A DNA stretch of 64,000 bases from the human T2T-CHM13v2.0 reference genome, Homo sapiens, in NCBI RefSeq assembly GCF_009914755.1, contig NC_060936.1. One strand, given 5' to 3'. Below the pieces are notes generated by a model. It was not told where the DNA came from. It worked only from the letters and a program-made list of their open reading frames with translations, and ran no database searches. This document shows positions 28,270 to 41,193 of the stretch, one piece after another (the stretch's first letter is position 1; the number at the start of each line of letters is the position of its first letter). Made by a program: the position numbers and the translations under genes.

Positions 28270-28712
28270 TTGCAATGTAGTATCTCTTACTAATTCCAAC
28301 TATAATGGCCTTCTTTCCTTCTCTTGAGTTAAAAATGGCATGTGTCTCAGCTATAGCCAATAAATTATAATCAAAAGTCTGGGGTCAATGAAATTCTGAG
28401 GAAGCTTTTGCTTTACTGATAAAAGAGACAATCTAGCATCGCTTCTTCCATTTTATTATTACCCTCAAGGCCCCTGTGGAGCAGTGGTCACCATTTGGCA
28501 AACTTGATAATACAGCACAAGGAAGAAAAATTAATATGGTGAGGATGGTAGTGCAGTAATATAGAAAGTCCCAGTTACTTGGATACATCTTTTAACAACT
28601 GTATACATACCATCTATTTACACCACAGTTGTTAACAATAAATATCTTTGTATTTTAAGCCACTATTAGTCAATTATTTGTTAATTGAAACCAAAAGTAT
28701 TTTCCACGAATA
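28270..28712 (+). mobile_element. MLT1J-like LTR
   Basis: ttctgaggaagcttttgctttactgataaaag...gaggatggtagtgcag...aataaa...tttaagccactatt. Confidence 0.55.
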
Positions 28713-29369
28713 TACCTGATGAACATGAAACCATATGAAAGACAGTAAACTGTTCTAGGAGAAAGGGTATTTAACACAAACATTGGAAAACCCAGTGAAA
28801 TATTTTCCCCACACAAAATAGAGAAATTTCTTTAGAGAAAAAAAATTACTTCTGTGACTTTATTTCCAGTGTATTTCTTGAATAGACAGTATTTAATGTA
28901 CTGTAGCTTTTGTCTATGTAAGCTTATTTTCCATAATTTTAGGCTAGTCACCAATTGCACGGAAAAATTCACATTTCTAGTTCAGATTGCCTATTTTTTT
29001 TCTAGTAGTAATTTTGTCTTTTATCTTCAAGGGTTGACATGCATCAGTCCCTTGATTATAATGGCATCTTAGAGTTACTGCTTTTAGAGTTGCAGTCTGA
29101 ATTTTGCAACTAATTAGCTGTTGATCTTAGACAAGTTATTTAACTGGAGCTTTATCAATCTATGTCTTAAATTATATCTTGGATATTTAATTTCTATACA
29201 TATGTGCTAAATCTATTGCTAGCATTGAAACATCCTAGGCTCTCCTCGAAATAAAAGCATACTATTTTGATGCATTTTACAGTTTTTAAAGTTGCTTATA
29301 CATTTTTAAACACTTGCCTCTGTGATTTTCTCAATAGAAATAAGCGAAACAGCAAAACATTTACAACAG

Positions 29370-30041
<672 letters not shown>

Positions 30042-31084
30042 AACAGTATCTGCTAAAGAGGAAAATTGCAACAACAACAACAACAACAAAAACAAAACAA
30101 AAATAGCTAATGAATATTGCCAAAATTCATTTATTTTAAAATTATATGTAAAAGTTAGTGTGAATGACAGTTAAAAAGACATTATGGAATTTATGCTAAA
30201 TATCAGTTTTTCCTTTCACTGCCTTCAATCTAACCTGTAACAGACTTTGGTATAAAGATATTTAGTCAACTTTGATACTTACTTTCCTCTGAAAGAGGAG
30301 GGAAATCCGTAATGAATTCTTCAAGAGAATATCATCTTCAGTAAATGCCATTACAATCATAAGGTTGTTGGTAATAAAGTTATGAATGATCACATTGTTT
30401 AAACTTTCAGTGAAAAGAATGACTCATGCACACCTGACATATTTAGGAGGACTATTGGGCTGCTTATGAAACTGATCTCTAAATCTTAGGAATGTTAAAA
30501 ATACATTTTTGTTTCTATCTTTAATATTATCATTTTTGTCACTGTAGAATTTTCAGGGTATTTAGAAATTCAGCCAACTTTAATTTCTTGGTGGTGAAAT
30601 AAATAGCTACTCTTTTCTGCCTTAATGTTTATACATATTCAATACTAAATTATTTAAATTCAATGTTAATGCTTGATAATTTAAGCAGACAAATTAGACT
30701 ATGCAAAATTAAATCTGATTACATGATTGTTGAAAGGTAATATCACATACAGCTTGGTACACCCCAGAAAATAATTCTTTATAAAGGAGCTGAAACTTTA
30801 ATTACCTGTGTATATCACTTTATATTATTATCCAAATTATTATGCTCTCCCTCACATAAAATTCTAATTTAGTTACAGTGCCATGTAATGTTCCATACAT
30901 TCATTTTTTAATGTTCCTCAATTTTAAATTTGGTCTTCTTGTCATATAATAGTATTAATATTATATAGACATATTTATTTTTATCCATTTTATTCTCAAA
31001 AGGTATTTAATATCATTATACTTTTCTTTCACAAAGTAATTGAATAATAATCAGAGACTAGAGGAAGCATTTAGAATCTAATAA

Positions 31085-31464
31085 AGGATGATTCCTTTCT
31101 GATATTTGATTCCTGGTAACATTCAAGCTTCATTTCTCCTCCTATACCTTCTGCTCCATATCTGGGCAAAGTTGATAAGAAATCTTTGTGCTCTCTCCTT
31201 TCAGCCTGGTTGGAAGTTCAAAGCATGAAAACCCTGGTTCATACATAAGAACCTTCATCTCAGTCGCATCCCCTAACTACCATAGAAGCAGAGCCAGTCT
31301 CCTTTTAGATTGTCATGGGAAGTTACTGTGCTTGTGCCAGAAAGCCTCAATATGTGAGGAATAAACTTTTGTATACTTTCTTTGTGTCTGTGTGTGCAGC
31401 ATCATTAGTCTCAACCCGAACCAATGCTCAGGGGAGTTTCCACCTTCTTTCTGAATTGGTTACA
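31085..31464 (+). mobile_element. 5' LTR of an ERVL provirus (MER54-like, tentative)
   Basis: attcctttctgatatttga...atctgggcaaagttgataagaaa...ggaagttcaaa; AATAAA at ~31360; ends ...TACA followed by a TGGC PBS-like start; homologous to 34777-35152. Confidence 0.7.
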
Positions 31465-34400
31465 ATTGGCACTCTGGGCAATTTGTCTAGGCAGTGATCA
31501 CCACCACTAGGCACCATTATTCTCTCCTGCTTTGGCCTGCTAAGTGGTTTTGGTGCCTGCTGGTAAGCATGCCCTAAAGCTGTGCTTCTCTGTATTGTGG
31601 TTGTTAAATCCTACTGAGCCTTTTATAGATGTATAAATATAAGTCAAAAGTTTTAATAGTTGCCATTTAAGTACAGAAGTATGGGACTGGGACTTTCTTA
31701 AAGTGACCTTGGGTCACCTGTGTTTGCCCAGACCTATCTTTATATCTTAGCTTGAGTCATGTGTCTCGATTCTAGTGTAAGCCACAACTGATGTTAGGCT
31801 CAAGGCAATGGCTTACCTTGTGACTGCTGGCTGTGTCTAAACAGAGGCCTAGCCACCCATTCTATAGAGTACTCAGAGAAAAAAGAATGATATTCTTTGC
31901 AATATATGCCCCATTGGCTGGCTGTATGGAACAAGAATAGTTACCATGTGGCATCAAGAGGTCACACTGCTAAAAGCAAATGACTTACTAGAACCCTACA
32001 AAATGCTTCTGCTCTTGCTACTGGCTGTACTTTTGTGGCCACAAGAAAAAGATCCTGATCCACTGGGTTCCAGGGAAAAATGCCCATGTGCCGCTGTGGT
32101 ACAAGCACAGGGCTAATTCAAACCTGATTCAAACCTAGTTACTTAACACATATAAAGCATCCACCAGCTTGGGAGAAATCCCTAACGATGACAATAGTGA
32201 TTTAAGGATCTCTAAAGGAAGGAACTTACAAAAATAGGCAAGACAAACAGGATATGCTTCTGGAGTAGAGACCATAGCCAAAGAAGAAGAGGAGAAAGAG
32301 CTTCCTTTTGGATATAGAGGAAAAATACAAATACCTAAAATATAGTGCACAATTTTACTCATTTGGAAATCCAAAATTTACTAAAACATTTTTTTTTACA
32401 AAAAAAGGATAAAAGTGTGCTGATTAGCCATTGTGCTTCCACAATGTAAATTCTGAATTAACTTTAACATCTTCTGAAATGCATCAATTGGCAAACTTTA
32501 ATGGCTTTAATAGAAGGGCTCACTTAAGTTACAGTTATATCTGGGATTCTACCAAGTTTAAATAATGTATCCCCTGTACTCTTTTGGGAATTACCAAATA
32601 TAGAAGAATCTCACTTTAGCCATTGGAGCTACTGCCTTACTTAAAAATCCACACAGCACTTACTGCCCTAAAATATCCCATAGCAGGCATGGACATTCCA
32701 ATTCAATGAGTAATACATTAAAATTACACTAAGTCTTTGGGAATTACAATTGGCTTAACAAATAAGATTTGCAATGGACCTCCTCCTCTCCCCTCACTCA
32801 AGTTAAAAGAGTTAAATATAGTTCAGTATAAAGGAAAACAGATCTTAAGAATTGAAACTCATTATACAAAACCTGTTTTGAAAGGGGTGATTTTCCCTGT
32901 AATTTCCCCATAAAAGCATAATTTGGCCAGATTTTAAACTTGGAAATAATGAATGGAGACTTATTGTAGATTACATCACCCTTAGTGATGTGGATTTACT
33001 CATTAAGGCACTCATATCCAATGTTATTGAAATTACTGACTTCATTCAATCAGACTTTAGTAAGCTCTTTGTAGTTACATATTTGCTTCCTATGTATGAT
33101 CAGAGCCTATTTCAATAGCCTCACAGCTGAAGTTTGCCTCCAAGGTGAAATGAACACAATGCACTTTTACCTGGCTACCCATAGAGTACTTCAACAGCCC
33201 AGCTATCCCACATAATCATTGTAGGAAGGATCTTAATTCTATCCAACTTTCTCTAGGATCATAAGTATGACATTGCATTGATGAATCCTTCTTCAATGAG
33301 ATTCAGTTGATTTACTCACTCAGGGTATATAAAAACTCACAGAGGAGCTTTATAAAAAAGGGGTGGGCCATTGACCCATATGTAGTACAAGGCCCTGCCA
33401 CCTTGGTTAAATTTCTGAAAATTATTTGGTTAGTCAAGAGCTTCTCCATCACTGACACTGTCAAGAAACATGCTCAATACTGAGCATGTCAATGCTGTTT
33501 CTTGACACAAGCCAGACAACTTTTAGGCTTTTTTTGTGTTCTGAAGGCAACAACTTTCTCATTTATAAAGTTTACTTAAACATAGTTATACTGTTGCTTA
33601 CAAATCAGCCCACATTGAATACGTTCCCTTATGACAATAGCTCTAGAATCCATTTGAGTTGCAATGCAACAGGCACTCCCCTTAATGTCTCTGAGATATT
33701 TGGCCAGTGCAGAAGCTGCAGCAACCTCCTCCCATACATTCTGTAGTCTCTAAATCAAATCAACCAGGGTGTCCATAAATTTCCCATGGGCTTCCAGAGC
33801 ATGAAACTGCCCTTCCTGAACATTTGCACTCCTTGTAGTGCATACCATTACAACAGCAGTTGCTGGTAGCATGCTGGACCCACACAGGCTCTGAGCCTAT
33901 CACCCTTCATACCCAGCTGCTTATTATGCCCTGGGTCATGAAAGCAGCATTCTGAAAGCTTGGTATAGTCAAGGTCTCCTTACTAAAATGAAAAGTATAC
34001 CTACAGGATCAAACTAAATCTGGGTCTTCTGGCATATCCCAGCTGCAGGGGGCATAGCCTTCCCTATCTCCAGTGTGTTGTCAGATTCCATGGTGTTGTG
34101 GAAGTTTACTTCCTCTCCTACTCCTATACCTCACCTAGAGAGCCTCTTGAAATCAACTGAATGAAGAGAAAAATGAAGATAGTTTATATACTTTACAGAT
34201 GGCAGCAACACTATTGTATGTGATGGAGCTTACTGGAGATCTGCTGCTTTTCATTCCTTAACGAGAACATCGCTGATCAAGGATGGAACCCAAGGTCTAG
34301 CACAATAGTTGAAATTTGGGCAGTGATCTTAGCATCAGATTCACTGCTCAATGATCAGTTTTATCTGTATGTTTTTATAGACTCTTTGGCTATTGTCTGG

Positions 34401-34776
34401 TCCAGCCAGTGTCAGCAACAACTATGTCCTATGCAATATTGCCCACTTTGGAATGAAGAATTCTGAGAAGCTCTTGGCTCAAGGTCACATATGTCTAACT
34501 CATAATAAAGCCAGTATAAAAGGCCTCATCAATATACTCCTCATCCCCTTCTGAGTTCTAGATACTATCGGTAGTGACCAGGCAACTCATTTCAGTTTTC
34601 AAAATACATAATGTTGGGCTTTTAACCAAGGCATTCAACGAAACTTTTATCCTCATTTTTAACACTGAGTTATAGATCTCATAAAGCACAATAATGACTT
34701 ACTTAAGCAAGTTCAAATTCAATTGAATAAAGCCTGGAATATTTCAGCCATCTGACATTGGAATTAATTGCAATAA
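31465..34776 (+). mobile_element. ERVL (class III) internal region with decayed pro-pol (PR, RT, RNase H, IN); no env seen
   Basis: Manual translation: IAGMDI (32680, protease), IWPDFKLGNNEWRLIVDY (~32920-32974), TFTWLPIEYFNSPAI, HCIDE (33271, YIDD site), QGPATLVKFLKIIW (~33388), YFTDGS (~34189, RNase H), SDQATHF (34573, integrase); many stops and frameshifts. Confidence 0.85.
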
Positions 34777-35152
34777 TGAGTCTAATTCCATTTGTGATAT
34801 TTGATGACTGAGAGCTTTTTAGCCCCACCACTCTCCTTTAACCTTCTGATTCACATGTGGGGAACACTGTAAGAAAGCCTGGGTGTTCTCTTCTTTGGCA
34901 CCAGTGGAAGTTAAATCATGCAAGCCCCAGCTGGCATATGGAAAATCTGGCTCCAGTCTTACTACGTAATCACCATGGAAGATGAGCTCATACTGGCTTG
35001 GGAAGCCACCCTGCTTTTCTTAGAAAGGTTTATTATGTCAGTTAACAATACTTTTTATACCCCCTTGGTGCGTATGTGGCATCATCACTCTTGACACCTG
35101 TCCTGAATTTGATTGGGGTAATCTATCCTGCCTCTTTAGAGTTTCTAAACCA
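34777..35152 (+). mobile_element. 3' LTR of the ERVL provirus (MER54-like, tentative)
   Basis: Co-linear with the 5' LTR: attccatttgtgatatttga...taagaaagcctgggtg...ggaagttaaatcatgcaagcccc...tgtggcatcatca. Confidence 0.7.
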
Positions 35153-36795
35153 GAAACATTGTACATCAAATTTCATTCTTTCCACTATGATAGAATACAG
35201 AGAAAATAAAAAATTCAGTGTCCTCAAAATATCTAAGGCAAAAACCACAACAGTTTTTTTGAGCATTTTAACAATCACAGATTCCTGCATTACTGAAACA
35301 CTGATTGATCTTATTAGATGAGTGTTAAGATATTTAACAACAACAAATAGTGCTATTGCTCTTTTACAGAACCACAAAAAAAATATGTTTGGAAGGGGGA
35401 AACAGTTTGTAGGTCTCTGTTTCCACATTATTAAAATGGTTGATTGTTTTTGCTTTGTGTTTAAGCAAAGAAGCTTGGAAGCATTTTTATCTTTCCAATT
35501 ATGGTAGTGAATACAAATATGGTGCTTGCACAATAATCACATATATTAGTAAATTTCTGACCCTTGGAAATAAGCATGACTTGCATGTCTGTCTTTAGAA
35601 TAATTTGCATCCAGCAGTTAATTGCTAATCAACTAGTACCCATGGGAAATCAAAAGCAAAAAAGAAAAAGCACAGAAAAAAATAAGTAAAAGAAAATTTA
35701 ACACTGGGAAAAGTACGATGTCATTATAAAGTCAAAATCATGCTTTAATAGTAACTTAAGATGTATTGATTCACAGATCAAAATGAAAATAATGCACATT
35801 ATCCAACCCAAGGAATTTCAAAGTGCAGCAATCAACACGATTTTCCAGTTTTATATCCCTTTCCCTAAAATATCCAGGAATGTATGGGTGCTTAATAGTG
35901 TCCCAAAATACAGCTCTGTTGTTTTTTGCCTCACCACGACAAAAAAGAAATTCAGATGAACTAAGAGGAATCTTCCATTTTTTCTAGAAGCAGCTTGCTC
36001 TGGTATAAGCCCCCTCTTCAAAGAGTCATTGAACTTCTTTTGCTGTAGCCAAGTTCTAGACAACTGCACACAAATTTAAGAAATTTGCTTGCTGCATCAC
36101 TGTTGCCCATGTTCTTATATTGCAGCATCAGTTGGAACTATAACTATTCACACAGGATGAAGTCCTGGGTCAGGCTTTCAGCTGAGGCCATTTCCTCCTA
36201 CTCTAGTGTGAAATGATGCTCAGACTACAAGAGTTCTTCAAAATGAAGAGCAATATGGCATCTCTCACTTCAGTATGATGTGCAGCCAGGTGGCACCCAT
36301 GTCCAAACTGACTTAATTTCCTAATATTAAAGAGAATGGCTGAATGTATTCATTGCCACATCGTCAGGGTAGTCTGTCTATCAGGTGGATTAGGTAAGGT
36401 CTCCAGCACAAAGTAATCATTCTTTTTCTACTTAGTGCACTAGTAGTCCTGCTTGTCCTGTCCTTTTCTTTTCTCAGATTGATTGTTTTTTTAATTACAC
36501 GGGTCTATTTTTCTTCCCACTACAATCCACTGCAAGAGATTTTAATAACTTCAATCTCAGGAAGAAGTGGTTAGAATAAATAGTCTTTGTCTCTGATGAA
36601 AATTTCTTTACTGTTCAAAATTTCTCACATTTTATAATATTTCAATCTCATTTAATCAAAAATTTATAGAAAAAATACAGTACTTATCTCTGTTTGAACA
36701 GCATTAACTCAAATGCATTCTACTTTCCAGCAACATTTAGGATGCCTCAAAAATAAAAAAATATATACACATTAGAATTAATAGCATGGATTTTT

Positions 36796-37109
36796 TATTA
36801 TTTTTATTATTTTTTTTTATTTTTGACACAGAGTTTCGCTATTGTCGCCCAGGCTGGAGTGTAATGACACAATGTTAGGTCACTGCAACCTCCAACTCCT
36901 GGGTTCAAGTGATTCTCCTGCCTCAGCCTCCTGAGTAGCTGGGATTACAAGCATGTGCCACAACACCCGGCTAATTTTTTGTATTTTCAGTAGAGACGGG
37001 ATTTCACCATGTTAGCCCAGGCTGGTCTCAAACTTCTGACCTCAAGTGATCTGCCCGCCTCAGCCTCCCAAAGTGCTGGGATTACAGGAGTGAGCCACTG
37101 CGCCCGGCC
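36796..37109 (-). mobile_element. Alu (AluS-type)
   Basis: Reverse Alu; TSD ATGGATTTTT on both sides. Confidence 0.95.
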
Positions 37110-37181
37110 ATGGATTTTTGACTTTTGAAAACTTTGTTGTTGTTCAGGCAATGATTTTTGAGTTAAATCATGTGGATGCAA

Positions 37182-38123
37182 TTTTTTTAATTTTAATTTT
37201 TAATTTTTATGGGTTCATAATAGTTACACATATTTACAAGGTACATATGATATTTTGGTACAAGCATACAATGTGTAATGATTAAATCAGGGTAATGGGA
37301 ATACCTATGGCCTCAAACAATTATATATTTGTTTGTGTTGGAAACATTCCAAATCCATTCCTCTCGTTATTTTGAAATACACAACAAATTGTTTTTACAT
37401 GTAGTGACTCTATTGTGCCACTGAACACTAGATCTTATTCCTACTACGTAATTGAATTTTGTACCAATTAACCAATCCCTCTTTATTCCCCTACTCCTCA
37501 CTACTTTTCAAACCTCTAGTAACGATCATTTTACTCTCTACCTCCATGAGATCAATTTTTTAGCTCCCACATATCAGTGAGACCATTCAGTACTTATTTG
37601 TCTTTCTGTGCCTGGCTTATATCTATGTTATTGGAAATGACAGAATTTCATTTTTCTTTTATGGCTAATAATATTCCATTGTGCGTATGTACCACATTTT
37701 CTTCATCTATTCATCTGCTGATGGACACTTAGGTTGCTTCCATATCTAGGTTATTGTGAAGAGTGCTGCAATAGACTTGAGACTGCAGCTATCTCTTTGA
37801 TATGCTGATTTCCTTCCAGTCTAGTAGTAGGATTGCTGAATCATAAGGTAGTTCTATTTTTAGGTTTTGGGGAACTATCATACTGTTTTCAACAGTGGTT
37901 TTACTAATTTACGTTCCTATCAACAGTGAACGAAGTTTTCCCTTTCTCTGCATTCCTGCCAACATTTTTCATTGACTGTCTTGGGGTGAGATGATATATC
38001 ATTGTAGTTTTGATTTGCATTTCTGTGATGATTACTGATATTAAGCATTATCTCATATATATGGTGGCCATTTGTATGTCTTCTTATGAGACATGCCTCT
38101 TCAGATCGTTTGTCCATTTAAAA
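37182..38123 (-). mobile_element. L1MA-type 3' end
   Basis: catacaatgtgtaatgattaaatcagggtaatggg 3' UTR signature, then ORF2 C-terminus. Confidence 0.85.
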
Positions 38124-38964
38124 TTTATTTCTTTCAATAGCTTTAGAAGTGCAAGTGTTTTTCTGTTAACGTGGATGAATTGTTTAGTAGTAAAGTCAAG
38201 GATTTTAGTGCACCAGTCACCCAAGTGATGTATTTTGTACCCAATAGGTAGTTTTGCATCCCTCATCCTCCTCTTTCCTATCCCCTTCTGAGTCTCCAAT
38301 GTTCATTATGCCACTCTGTATACATTTGTATACCCATAGTTTAGCTCACACTTTTAAGCAAGAACATGCACTATTTGGTTTTTGATTCCTGAGTTACTTT
38401 ACTTAAATAATGACCTTTAGTTCCATCCAAGATGCTACAGAAGACATTATTTTGTTCTTTTTTATGGCTGAGTAGTATTACATAGTATGTATGCATACTA
38501 CATTTTCTTTATCCACTCATTGATTGATGGGCACTTAGGTTGATTCCATATCTTTGCAATTGTGATGTGTGCTATAATAAACATACACATACAGGTGTCT
38601 TTTTGATATGATGACATTTTTCCTTTTGGGTAAATACCCAGTAGTAGGATTGCTGGATCAAATGGTAAATATACTTTTAGTTCTTTGAAAACTACTTCCT
38701 GTTTTCCATAGAGGTTGTAATAATTTACATTCCTATCAGCAGTGCACAAATATTCCTTTTTCACCACATCTCTGCCAAATCTGTTGTTTTTTTGACTTTA
38801 TAATAATGGTAACTCTGGCTGGGGTAAGTTGATACCTCATTGTGGTTTTAATTTTCATTTCCCTCATGATTAGTAATCTTGAACATTTTTTTCAATGTTT
38901 GTTGGCCATTTGTATATCTTCTTTGAGAAATGTCTATTCATGTCCTTTGTCAGTTTTTTAATAG

Positions 38965-38998
<34 letters not shown>

Positions 38999-39570
38999 CT
39001 GATATGTTTGAGTTCCTTGTAGATTCTGGATACTAGTCCTTTGTCGGGTACATAATTTGCAAATATTTTCTCACATTCTGTAGGTTGTCTGTTTACCCTG
39101 ATGTTTATTTTTTATGCTGTACAGAAGGCTTTTAATTTAAGTAGGTCCCATTTATTTATTTTTATTTTTGTTGCATTTGCTTTTGGGATCTTAGTCATAA
39201 ATTCTTTGTCTAGATCAATTTCCAGAAGATTTTTTCTTAGGTTTCCTTCTGGAATATTTATAATTTCAGGTTTTAGATTTAATTATTTAATCCATCTTGA
39301 GTTAATTATTGTATATGGTAAGAGATAGAGATCCAGTTTCATTCTTCTACATGTGGCTATCCAATTTCCCCAGCACCATCTATTATTCAGTAGATGGCTG
39401 TCCTTTCCCCAATTTATGTTTTTCTATGCTTTGTCAAAGATCCACTGGTTGTAAACATTTGGCTTTATTTTTGGGTTCTCTATTCTGCTCCATTTGTTTA
39501 TATATTTATTCTTATACCAGTACCATGCTATATTGTTTACTATAGTCTTGTAGCATAATTTGAAATTGGT
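38124..39570 (-). mobile_element. L1PB (PB2/PB3-like) 3' portion inserted into the L1MA
   Basis: tttcaatagcttt...gtggatgaattg...ttttagtgcacc...gtacccaataggtag L1PB 3' UTR; ORF 38498-38767 is L1 ORF2 C-terminus-like (PFDPAILLLGIYPK, WNQPKCPS). Confidence 0.85.
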
Positions 39571-40215
39571 CTCAAAACAAAAACAAAACAAAAATTAACA
39601 AGGCCCCACCATGTGCTGCCCATTGAGACTCACCTCCACTTTAAAGACACACATAGACTGAACGTGAAGGGATTGCAAAAGTATTTCATGAGAATGAAAG
39701 CCAAATAAATTACTTAATGAAGCATCTTGAAGAATTAAAAGAAGAAAACAACCCAAACCCAAAATTAGCTGAAGAAAATAAATAATAAAAATCAGAGCAG
39801 AAATAATCAAATTGAGACAAAACATGAAAGATTAATGAAAGAGAAAGTTGTTCTTTGGGAAACATAAGCAAAACAGAAAAACCTGTAGCCTGATTAAAGA
39901 TAAAAGAAAGATGACTCAAAGAAATAAAATCAGATATGAAAAAGGAGACATTATCACAGATATCACAGAAATTCAAAAGGTCATTAAGGATTAGAGACTA
40001 TTATGAACAAATATATGCCAATAAATTAGAAAACCTGAAAGAAATTGATAAACCCCTAGACACATATAACCTACTAAAATCAAGCCACGAAGAAATAGAA
40101 AACCTGAACAGACCAGTAATAAGTAACAGGATGGAAGCAGTAATAAAAAGTCTCCCAACAAATAATAGCCCAATATCTGATAGCTTCACTGCTGAATTCT
40201 ACCAAATATTTAAAA
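39571..40215 (+). mobile_element. Inverted L1 ORF2 segment, led by a duplicated endonuclease-domain piece
   Basis: Plus-strand ORF2 (IRDYYEQIYANKLENLKEIDK...SFTAEFYQ in ORF 39936-40289) between minus-strand L1 pieces; 39574-39705 is the reverse complement of 40864-40992. Confidence 0.85.
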
Positions 40216-40528
40216 ATATTTGTGTGTTAGATCCATTCGGTCCAAAGTGTCCAATTGTATTTTATTTTGTTGGTTTTCTCTGTAAGTGATCTAACTACTG
40301 TTCAGTCTGGTACTGACTTTTTTTACTATAATTGTATTACTGTCCCAAACTTCCATATCTATTTATATTTGCTTTATATCTTTAGGTGCTCTGATATTAG
40401 ATGCATGTAGATTTATAATTGTTATTTCTTCTTGATTAATTGACCCTTTTACTATTATTTAATGACATTCTTTGTCTCTTTTTACAGTTTTTGGCTTAAA
40501 GTTTATTTTGTTTGAAATAAATATAGCG

Positions 40529-40854
<326 letters not shown>

Positions 40855-41143
40855 CTACTCTTTTTTGGCTTTCACTCTCATGAAATACTTTTGCAATCCC
40901 TTCATGTTCATTCTATGTGTGTCTTTAAAGTGGAAGTGAGTCTCAGTAGACAGCACATGGTGAGGCCTTGTTAATTTTTGTTTTTGTTTTTAGACACAAT
41001 CAATCACTCTACACCTTTTGATTGAATTTACTTCATTTTTATACAGAGTATTTATTGATAGGTAAGGTTTCACCATTTTCAATTTGTTAATTGTTTTCTG
41101 GATGATTTTTATATCCTTTGTTCCTTTCTTCCCCTCTTGCTGG

Positions 41144-41146
<3 letters not shown>

Positions 41147-41192
<46 letters not shown>
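41147..41192 (+). repeat. (TG)23 microsatellite
   Basis: Perfect TG run. Confidence 0.97.
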
Positions 41193-41193
<1 letters not shown>

